Assembly (NCBI GenBank): GCA_905614355.1
Contig: CAJQSN010000015.1
Span: 22,325 to 86,324, forward strand
DNA from: an uncultured Rhodospirillales bacterium
GTDB lineage: Bacteria > Pseudomonadota > Alphaproteobacteria > Rhodospirillales > UBA2165
Direction: 5' to 3'
DNA: 64,000 bases
Part shown: one piece after another, positions 18,928 to 27,032 of the stretch
Position numbering within the stretch: the stretch's first letter is position 1
Layout of the letters: the number at the start of each line of letters is the position of its first letter
The notes under the pieces: model-generated
Seen by the model: the letters and a program-made list of their open reading frames with translations, nothing else
The model's database searches: none
What the model was told of the DNA's origin: nothing
Position numbers and translations under genes: made by a program

Positions 18928-20631
18928 ATGAGTAAAAATAACAAAATAAAATCCATAAAACTCGATCCCATTACGTTAGAAATTATGTTTAATGCACTTC
19001 GTTCGGTTGCAGATGAAACCTTTATCGTATTGATGAAAAGTGCTTATTCAACAAATATCAAAGAACGGCGCGATCACTCCACGGCCATCATGGACCCAAA
19101 TGGTCGCCTCATCGTCCAGGCCGATGCATCTTTGCCAGTGCATCTGGCCTCGATGGGAGGTCTAATGGAAGCACTCTTAAAGAAATTTGAAAATAGAATT
19201 GAGCCGGGCGATATTTTCATTGCTAACGATCCACATGTAGCAGGTGGAACTCACTTACCCGATATTAATATGGCTATGCCCATTTTTGTCGATGATATTT
19301 TAGTAGCTTTTATGTGCAACATTGCCCACCACGCTGACGTGGGTGGCTCTGTGCCTGGCAGTATGGCGGGTGGCATGACTGAGATTTATCAAGAAGGACT
19401 GCGTATTCCAGTAGTGCGCCTATTCCACAAGGGTGAACTTCAAACTGATTTATTAGATTTAGTCCTACTGAATGTTCGGGTGCCCGATGAACGGCGCGGG
19501 GATTATTTTGCTCAAATAGCTTCCTGTAGGCTTGGGGCGTCACGTATAACTGAGGTAATAAAAAAATACAGTATTCCAGCAATTTTATCATGTTTTGACG
19601 AAATAATCATTCGGACAACACGCCGAATGAAAGAAGTAGTTAAAGACCTACCAGATGGCACCTATCGGTTTGAAGATATTATGGATGACGACGGTATGGG
19701 AACATTTGAAATTCCGGTTAAAGTAAAAATAACAGTAAAAGGTAGTGATATTCATTTTGATTTTACTGGAACTTCAAATCAGGTAACAGGGAATATCAAC
19801 GTAACCCGAAATGCCACACAGGCATCGGTGTGCTATGCCTTAAAAGCGTTACTTGATCCGGACGTTCCAAATAACCAAGGTGTCCTCGATTTACCTAAAA
19901 TTACGATCAACAAAGGCTCCTTGCTAGATGCACGCTTCCCGGCCCCTGTTGCAGCTCGGGCTAATACCTGCCAGCGCATAATAGATGTAATTCTTGGAGC
20001 ATTATCAAAAGCAAAACCGGAAGTAGCAGTCGCAGCTGCAAATGGAGCCAATACAACAGCAGTTTTCTCGGGGATAGATCCAAGAACAGGGGAGAATTAT
20101 ATCTACCTTGAAACCTTAGGAGGCGGTTTTGGCGGACGATCGACAAAAGATGGCAAAGATGGCGTCCAGGTTCACATTACAAATACCTCCAATTTACCCG
20201 TTGAATCCATAGAAATGGAATATCCACTCATGGTGAACTCTTATCGTTTAATCGAAGGCTCTGGCGGAGTGGGGCGCCATAGGGGTGGCCTCGGCCTGGA
20301 GCGGGTTATAGAGCCTATTAATCATGAATGTACTTTCAATGGGGCTGGCGAACGTTTTACGCAGAGACCATGGGGTATCTTTGGCGGTGCCGAAGGAATG
20401 TCGGGGGAATTTCTAAAACTTGAAAGTAACGGCAATCAAAAGCGCCTTCCAAACAAACCCATCGGGATTAGTATAGCAGAAAAAGAAGCTGTAATCATCC
20501 GAACGCCAGGCGCGGGGGGGTACGGGCCTGCAGAAGAACGTACGAAGGAAGACTTGACTGAAGACGCTATTAGCGAGAAATTCACTCAAGAATTTTTAAA
20601 GCAACATTACCCGCAATGGCCTTCAAAATGA
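18928..20631 (+). CDS. hyuB: hydantoinase B/oxoprolinase family protein
   Basis: 567 aa. DPITLEIMFNALRSVADE, SAYSTNIKERRDHS, NDPHVAGGTHLPD motifs of HyuB. Confidence 0.85.
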   Translation: MSKNNKIKSIKLDPITLEIMFNALRSVADETFIVLMKSAYSTNIKERRDHSTAIMDPNGRLIVQADASLPVHLASMGGLMEALLKKFENRIEPGDIFIANDPHVAGGTHLPDINMAMPIFVDDILVAFMCNIAHHADVGGSVPGSMAGGMTEIYQEGLRIPVVRLFHKGELQTDLLDLVLLNVRVPDERRGDYFAQIASCRLGASRITEVIKKYSIPAILSCFDEIIIRTTRRMKEVVKDLPDGTYRFEDIMDDDGMGTFEIPVKVKITVKGSDIHFDFTGTSNQVTGNINVTRNATQASVCYALKALLDPDVPNNQGVLDLPKITINKGSLLDARFPAPVAARANTCQRIIDVILGALSKAKPEVAVAAANGANTTAVFSGIDPRTGENYIYLETLGGGFGGRSTKDGKDGVQVHITNTSNLPVESIEMEYPLMVNSYRLIEGSGGVGRHRGGLGLERVIEPINHECTFNGAGERFTQRPWGIFGGAEGMSGEFLKLESNGNQKRLPNKPIGISIAEKEAVIIRTPGAGGYGPAEERTKEDLTEDAISEKFTQEFLKQHYPQWPSK

Positions 20632-21539
20632 TAACTCAAATACGTGTCCCAGAACCTGATGAAGTATTGTCGATTACTTTAAAGGACAGTGCTGAGGTTA
20701 AGATCCGACGATACATAAATAATGGCAAACCCTGTTTAATGCTCAGTCATGGTAATGGTTTTGCCATCGACGCATATGCCCCTTTTTGGGAACCATTACG
20801 TGAAAAATTTGAACTTTGTATTTATGATCAACGGCACCACGGCTGGAATAATCCCGCTCCAACACAAAAGGCCGGATTTGAATTATTTGCAAATGACCTT
20901 GATGAGATCATTACTCGATTGCGGCAAATATACCAGGATAGGCCCCTCTTCGGCGTTTATCACTCGCTTTCAGCAGTAGCGGCATTGCTACATGCAACCA
21001 GCTACAGAAATCCACTTGACGCTTTAATTTTGTTTGACCCGCCATTGCAACCCCCAAAGGGCCACATACTTTATGATGTTGCACATAACTTTGAGATGAT
21101 GCTCTCAGGATGGTCGAGCAAGCGGCAAAATGAGTTTCACTCGCCTGACGAATTGGCGGATCAATTTTCAAAATCGAGATCTTTATCCGGATGGGTTTCT
21201 GGAGCTCATCATTTGATGGCAAAATCGACTTTAAAACAAAAAGATGATAAGTGGTATTTAATCTGCCCACCAGATGTTGAAGCACAAATTTATCTCGACA
21301 ATGCAAATTTAATTATTTGGGATTTTTATTCGAAGTTAAATGTTCCTGCAGCAATAATCAGCGCAGATCCAGAACACCCAGCAAGGCAGGCTCCAGCCCA
21401 AGTCTGTACTACATTGATTAATGAAACTAACATGCCATTCCGAATGATTGAAGGTACAACACATCTACTACAAATTGAGAAACCTCAAGAATGTCGTGAT
21501 GCCTTATTTGATTTACTACAACAAATAACTGCATCATAA
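20628..21539 (+). CDS. alpha/beta-fold hydrolase
   Basis: HGNGF oxyanion-hole region and a nucleophile-elbow-like GVYHSLSA. Start chosen at the ATGA overlap with the hyuB stop; the ORF-track start is 20616. Confidence 0.65.
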   Translation: MITQIRVPEPDEVLSITLKDSAEVKIRRYINNGKPCLMLSHGNGFAIDAYAPFWEPLREKFELCIYDQRHHGWNNPAPTQKAGFELFANDLDEIITRLRQIYQDRPLFGVYHSLSAVAALLHATSYRNPLDALILFDPPLQPPKGHILYDVAHNFEMMLSGWSSKRQNEFHSPDELADQFSKSRSLSGWVSGAHHLMAKSTLKQKDDKWYLICPPDVEAQIYLDNANLIIWDFYSKLNVPAAIISADPEHPARQAPAQVCTTLINETNMPFRMIEGTTHLLQIEKPQECRDALFDLLQQITAS

Positions 21540-22269
21540 GAAAAGGGGTCAAGCTTCAAATTAAAAGGCTACGGTTAGCATAATTATAGAGTAATTATTC
21601 TGTAATAAAATAATGCCCAAAAAATTCATGATACCGCGTGCATTGAATTTAACAAAAAAACTAAGAGTTAAAATGGACCATTTTGTCACAACTTAAATAG
21701 TTTTATTGAATGTACCGGTCAAATAATTGAGGCTCCAGTACGAAGACAAGAAAGAAGGCCATCCAAACTATTGATGGAATTGCCAGCAGCATAATTTTTA
21801 CTCTACGCTTATTTACACGCCGTTGTCTCGGTGTCATTGATTATTCCCTATAAATTCTCAGAGAAACGGCTTCTATTTCACGCTCTATAAAACGCCTCGG
21901 TCATTTTCTCAATTAGCTGTAATAACGTTACAAACATCAATTTTTTCTTCATAAAATGTATTCTATCTTGTATCATTTTTTACGTTATCTTATCCGGATT
22001 GGATCAAATCGGTTCAAAGTAAACTTGTAGTAATACCATTAATGAAAATAGAAACATGGATAGTATTAAGAACTATCAAGCTTCGATTGTAGCCAGAGCA
22101 TGCCCAATATCAACCACCCAATGATACCTGCTGAAAATACATATTTTAGAAGATGGAGGTGAGAGAAGGTTAACGCCATACCTATGACTGGTGCCACGGA
22201 GCTATCCCTCTTCATACACCAAGCTAGATTTTTATTCATACGAGCCATATAAATTACTAATACTGAGGA

Positions 22270-22995
22270 TTATCTGGATAAAATTAAGCCTCCACCCAGT
22301 CCAGACTCAATAGTATTTATAATACGCTTTCTAAACAAATTTGTATGCTGACGACCAATTTCTTCAGCTAAATCAGCATTGCGCGATGAGATGGCATCTA
22401 TCATCTCATTATGTTGTCCAATTACATCTTTATAATAACCTTTATCAATCGAAACGTTAGATAAACCCGTTCCAAAAGCAGAGAGTGAAAGACGTAATCC
22501 GACTGTTAAAAGCTCGGCATAAATGGTGCTGATATACTTGTTACCGCACGCATCAAGCATCACTGCGTGAAAATCGCGATTAGTTTCGCTCATTTTGGCT
22601 ATGTCGCGTGCCATTGTGGCTTTGATAAAATGGTCGTTAATCTTTCTTAGATCAGCCAACTGTTGATCCGATGCTCTTACTGCACATAATCTTAAAACTA
22701 GTCTTTGACAGACGTCTAAGGCTTCAAAAAATTGAGGCACATCCGATATATCAATTTCAGCTACTCGAGCGCCTCTATTGGGAAGCAAGGTAACTAATCC
22801 CTCTGAGGCTAGACGAATAAGTGCTTCTCTAACAGGCGTGCGCGAGACGTTAAAGCGTTTTTCTAAAACGGGTTCTTCGATGTTGTCTCCTGGTGGTAAC
22901 CTTAGCTGGAGTATGTCCTCCTTTAACCCTTTAAACACGGTCTGAGCTCCAGTCCCTTTCGGCCGTCCGCGCACTTTAAGGCCCTTTTTTTTCAT
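22270..22995 (-). CDS. GntR-family transcriptional regulator (FadR/FCD subfamily)
   Basis: Winged-helix motif (EKRFNVSRTPVREALIRLASEGLV) plus a helical FCD-like C-terminal domain. Start taken at MKKKGLKV; the ORF is open up to 23052. Confidence 0.8.
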   Translation of the reverse strand: MKKKGLKVRGRPKGTGAQTVFKGLKEDILQLRLPPGDNIEEPVLEKRFNVSRTPVREALIRLASEGLVTLLPNRGARVAEIDISDVPQFFEALDVCQRLVLRLCAVRASDQQLADLRKINDHFIKATMARDIAKMSETNRDFHAVMLDACGNKYISTIYAELLTVGLRLSLSAFGTGLSNVSIDKGYYKDVIGQHNEMIDAISSRNADLAEEIGRQHTNLFRKRIINTIESGLGGGLILSR

Positions 22996-23105
22996 CTTTT
23001 TAATTTTCGGCACAGTCGTAATAATATTTCTCCTTAAGCCTAAACAATACATTTAGTTTCAAAATTCTTCATTGCACCCTACAATTAATCACTTTAGATA
23101 CAGGG

Positions 23106-23118
23106 TGTATTAAATACA
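23106..23118. promoter_or_regulatory. candidate GntR-type operator in the divergent promoter region
   Basis: TGTATT-a-AATACA, a perfect 6-1-6 palindrome of the GT-N-AC type, lying between the GntR gene and the CoA-ligase gene. Confidence 0.25.
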
Positions 23119-23210
23119 ATGAGAAGGTATGTGCTGAGGTTGAAATTAGGAAGTAAAAAATTAAAAAACATAATTTATTAAAATAGTTCTAAAAGGGGGG
23201 TACTAAGTAA

Positions 23211-24821
23211 ATGGCAACGACACTAGATTTTCCAAGACATTCAGAAAAGCAAATAGAACAATTTCGTTCTTCTGGCTATTGGAATGATGACACCTTGTCG
23301 ACCTATATTGAAAAATGGTCTAACAAAACTCCTAAAAAAACTGCAATTGTAGCGCCAGATCGCGAGTTAACATATTCAGAGTGGCACTCCTCATCTTTAA
23401 AATTTGCAAATGCCTTAATTAGCCTTGGTCTCAAGCGCGGCGATGTAATTGCTATTCAATCTCCTAACACACCTGAGTTTCTCATTGCATATATCGGCAT
23501 TGCTCTAATGGGCGGAGTGATGTGCACTCTGCACATGCCATATCGAGCGGGTGAAATGGCACCACTAATGAACCATGGAAACACTAAAGCTATTATCTGT
23601 TCACAAGGCGATAACAAATATGACGCCCCACAAACTATGGAAGGATTAAAAGAAAGAGTTCCTACACTTGAGCATATTATAGTAATCGGAGAGCCCCAGA
23701 ATGGGCAGAAAAACTTCAAAAAGTTAATCGAGAATGCAACCTCCTCGCCCATTAAAGACCCGCCAATTGCAAGCGATCCATGTATTCTTTGCTTTACCTC
23801 AGGCACCTCAGCCTCACCCAAAGGTGTGGTTCGAACCTACGAGACATTAACGGCCAACGCTCGGATATATTCACCGACTATTCAACTGACCGCTGATGAT
23901 CGAGTAATGGTAGCGCCACCATTTACGCATGTTTTTGGCCTTACCTGTGCAACGCTAGCTCTTTGCTGGGGGTCTACAAATGTATTGATGCCATTGTTTA
24001 CGCCAGAACTTTATACAGACCGCTTAATCAATGCTAAGCCGAATATACTTTTTTCAGCACCCGCTCACGTTGCAGCATCAATCAAGGCAGGACTGCTAGA
24101 TGACGTCGACTTATCATCCCTTAAAGAAGTAGTAATAGCTGGCTCGGTTTGCCCTCCCGAAGTCGCTGCCGATTTAGAACGGAGAATGCCTAATGGACGT
24201 TCTGGCCAATTATTCGGTATGACTGAAACAATATTAATAATGCAAACGCCGTTAAATGAGCGTCCAGAAATACGCCATTCTAGTACAGGGCGTAAAACAA
24301 AAGGCATCGATATTCGAATCACTAATCCTCTCGACGATACAGAAGTAGCCACTGGCGAAGAAGGAGAATTACTTCTTCGTGGCTACACGATTATGGCAGG
24401 ATATTTAAATAATGAGGCTGCAAATAAAGCTGCCTTTACGTCAGATGGATATTTTAGATCAGGGGATTTGGCAACATGTGACGTAGATGGAAATGTAATT
24501 ATAACCGGCCGCGTAAAAGATGTAATAAATAGAGGTGGTATTAAAATTAATCCAACAGATATTGAAAATATCCTTCAGGCTCATCCCGGTATTATTTTAG
24601 CAGCACTAGTGCCAATGCACGATGACATTCTTGGCGAGCGAATCTGTGTATTCATTACACTTTCTCCAAAAGCCTCAATCACATTTGAAGAAATTACAAG
24701 TTATCTTGGACAAAATGGAATCGCCAAAATGCGCTGGCCTGAACGGCTTGAGATTATTGATGAAATGCCGATGACCCCAACACGAAAAATACAAAAAGGT
24801 GAATTAATAAAATTGTTATAA
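23211..24821 (+). CDS. AMP-dependent aryl/alicyclic-carboxylate--CoA ligase
   Basis: 536 aa. AMP-binding motif FTSGTSASPKGV, GEEGELLLRG, GDLA...DG...ITGRVKD. The N-terminus resembles EntE/AliA-type ligases. Confidence 0.8.
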   Translation: MATTLDFPRHSEKQIEQFRSSGYWNDDTLSTYIEKWSNKTPKKTAIVAPDRELTYSEWHSSSLKFANALISLGLKRGDVIAIQSPNTPEFLIAYIGIALMGGVMCTLHMPYRAGEMAPLMNHGNTKAIICSQGDNKYDAPQTMEGLKERVPTLEHIIVIGEPQNGQKNFKKLIENATSSPIKDPPIASDPCILCFTSGTSASPKGVVRTYETLTANARIYSPTIQLTADDRVMVAPPFTHVFGLTCATLALCWGSTNVLMPLFTPELYTDRLINAKPNILFSAPAHVAASIKAGLLDDVDLSSLKEVVIAGSVCPPEVAADLERRMPNGRSGQLFGMTETILIMQTPLNERPEIRHSSTGRKTKGIDIRITNPLDDTEVATGEEGELLLRGYTIMAGYLNNEAANKAAFTSDGYFRSGDLATCDVDGNVIITGRVKDVINRGGIKINPTDIENILQAHPGIILAALVPMHDDILGERICVFITLSPKASITFEEITSYLGQNGIAKMRWPERLEIIDEMPMTPTRKIQKGELIKLL

Positions 24822-24892
24822 GTAAAATATAGATATATGGCTCAACAATAATAGGCAAAATACAACTTAATATATATTCTAAGGAGTAACCC

Positions 24893-25906
24893 GTGAGAGG
24901 ACTTATTATTCATGAATTTGGACCAATTAGTAGCCATCAGGTTGAAGATTTCGATGATCCAATAGCAAGTAAAGGTGAGGTGATCGTTGATGTTCATGCT
25001 ATAGGCCTAAATTTCCCAGATACACTAATGATTCAAGGTAAATATCAAATGTGGCCGGAGCGACCCTTCGTCCCTGGCCGCGATGCAGCGGGTATTATTT
25101 CAGCTGTTGGAGAGGGTGTTAAAAATTTAAAAATAGGGGATCGTGTCGCCTGTCAGGTACTATGGGGGGCATTTGGCAATAAGGTATGTGCTCCGGAGCC
25201 TAAAGTATTCAAACTCCCAGACGAAATAGATTTTGTGAGCGCAGCCGGCATGATTACAACATACAATACCGCCCATGTTGCGGTTTATGAACGTGGTAAT
25301 GTGCAGTCTGGTGAAACTGTTTTTATAACTGGTGCATCAGGCGGCGTTGGACTTGCTATGGTTGAAATGGCAAAGGCGCGTGGTGCAACCGTGCTTGCTG
25401 GCGCTACCTCTAAAGAGAAAGGGGATCTCGCAATTGCACACGGGGCAGATCACTGGATAGATCTAAGCGTAGAGGATCTACATCAAGGCGTAAAAAATCA
25501 GGTATTAGCTGCAATCGGTGAAAATTTATGTCAGGCGGTTTTCGATGTAGTTGGCGGTAAAGTTTTTGATGCTGCAATGCGATGTCTCTCATATCGAGGG
25601 AGAATGGTCATCGTTGGTTTTGCAACCATGGATATTTCAATGCCAAAAGGTCATCATATACTCCTAAAAAATATTTCAATTATAGGCGCGCCACTCGACA
25701 TCAACTTTAAAAAATCCATTGACGTTATTCATCGAGGGATAAAAATTATATTTGAACTTTGGAAAACAGGTAAAATAAAGCCTGAAGTTGGCCAGATTTT
25801 GCCATTAGACAAAATTACTACGGCAATACAATCTATTGAAGACCGTACTGCGCTTGGTAAGATTGTTATAACAACTGATAACTTTATCTTACCGACTAAT
25901 AAATGA
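24893..25906 (+). CDS. NADPH:quinone oxidoreductase-like medium-chain dehydrogenase/reductase
   Basis: 337 aa. GLNFPD, GETVFITGASGGVGLAMVEMAK. GTG start preceded by AAGGAG. Confidence 0.8.
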   Translation: MRGLIIHEFGPISSHQVEDFDDPIASKGEVIVDVHAIGLNFPDTLMIQGKYQMWPERPFVPGRDAAGIISAVGEGVKNLKIGDRVACQVLWGAFGNKVCAPEPKVFKLPDEIDFVSAAGMITTYNTAHVAVYERGNVQSGETVFITGASGGVGLAMVEMAKARGATVLAGATSKEKGDLAIAHGADHWIDLSVEDLHQGVKNQVLAAIGENLCQAVFDVVGGKVFDAAMRCLSYRGRMVIVGFATMDISMPKGHHILLKNISIIGAPLDINFKKSIDVIHRGIKIIFELWKTGKIKPEVGQILPLDKITTAIQSIEDRTALGKIVITTDNFILPTNK

Positions 25907-25946
25907 CCACAACTCTAGCCAACTTACATGCAAGAGTTCAAGAGAC

Positions 25947-26405
25947 CTATTGGCGTGTAAATTCAATTTCCCCGTCTGGCAGTAGATAGAGTACAAGTGC
26001 CGTACCGTTTTTTACCGTTGGATTGTGTGCAGAATTCGGCTCGTAAACAATCCACCCTGCACCATGGTTGTCAAATTCTGCATTACCATTAATTGGCATA
26101 ATTAAATCTATTTCGCCCTTTGGATGGCGATGGTGTGGACCGACGACATCTGTCATGTGAACGACGTCAACGCTATATCCATTGACTTCTTTAATGACCC
26201 TCCCAAATTTAATACCACCAAATTCTTGCCCACACATCCACCCTTCCTGCATACCCGCTTCACAGGTTTGTTGAATCTCGGTAAATACCTCGCTACCTGG
26301 AGGGTACAAATTATTTAAATCTGAAGCTAAATCCATATTTAACGGTTTTTCTGCAATTGCTATGGTAACTTTATGAATAGCTGCCGTAAAAGTCTCTTTA
26401 TCCAT
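25947..26405 (-). CDS. small cupin-like protein (DUF4863 / hydroxylaminobenzoate-lyase-like), tentative
   Basis: 152 aa. HHRHPKGEIDL...G.W.VY.P.S.H.P pattern. TAATG overlap with the upstream thioesterase gene. Confidence 0.45.
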   Translation of the reverse strand: MDKETFTAAIHKVTIAIAEKPLNMDLASDLNNLYPPGSEVFTEIQQTCEAGMQEGWMCGQEFGGIKFGRVIKEVNGYSVDVVHMTDVVGPHHRHPKGEIDLIMPINGNAEFDNHGAGWIVYEPNSAHNPTVKNGTALVLYLLPDGEIEFTRQ

Positions 26406-26857
26406 TAATTTATTCCTGTTTTTTCATGAAATTTATTGCAAGAAAGTTGATAGGCTTCAATTTTTTTCCGAAATTCTATCGAAATCGGAATCGCTTTAAA
26501 ACTATCCACATCTACAAAACAAACTACTTGGTCAACATGAAAGCAATGGTTCTTTTTAGAATCAAAACCATCAAAAACATAGTTTAAAGAAGCCTTTCCA
26601 AGTTTTTTTATTTCGAGTGAAATGTCTATATACTCACTTGTCTTCATGGGATACATGAATTCACAACTCATTTTAACTGTAGGGGTGTCTATTTTAAGAT
26701 CATCTCGAAGCGTCATAGAGGTATAGCCAAACATTTCAATTAGCCACTCCTCAACAGTTTCCAGCGCGTAGTGAAAGACACGGGGTGTATAAAGAATTCC
26801 TGCTGGATCACTGTCTCCCCAAAGTATGCGCCGACGTGTGGTAAATGGAATAGTCAT
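26405..26857 (-). CDS. hotdog-fold acyl-CoA thioesterase (4HBT type)
   Basis: RRILWGDSDPAGILYTPRVFHYALETVEEW is a typical 4HBT motif. Start taken at MTIPF; the upstream in-frame extension to 27013 looks non-coding. Confidence 0.7.
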   Translation of the reverse strand: MTIPFTTRRRILWGDSDPAGILYTPRVFHYALETVEEWLIEMFGYTSMTLRDDLKIDTPTVKMSCEFMYPMKTSEYIDISLEIKKLGKASLNYVFDGFDSKKNHCFHVDQVVCFVDVDSFKAIPISIEFRKKIEAYQLSCNKFHEKTGIN

Positions 26858-27032
26858 GGGATATGATTGAATAACCTTATGTTGTAATATGGAAACATCT
26901 AAAATTACGGCTAAATATTTATGGCGAAATATGTTGTGTCCAACATGCTCCTCAAATATAATTTTCAGTACTATATAAACACTAAATAATATGCATTTTA
27001 TCAAATAAAGCAATGGTTAGGAAACGCAAATA

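Noticed and set aside
26858-27013. N-terminal 52-aa extension of the thioesterase ORF (MLYLIKCILFSVYIVLKIIFEE...).
   Set aside because: The extension is hydrophobic and low-complexity, lies in AT-rich promoter-like sequence shared with iorA, and precedes the conserved thioesterase N-terminus that begins at MTIPF. Similar upstream extensions were trimmed for the livG, livM, GntR, GT-like and MBL genes.
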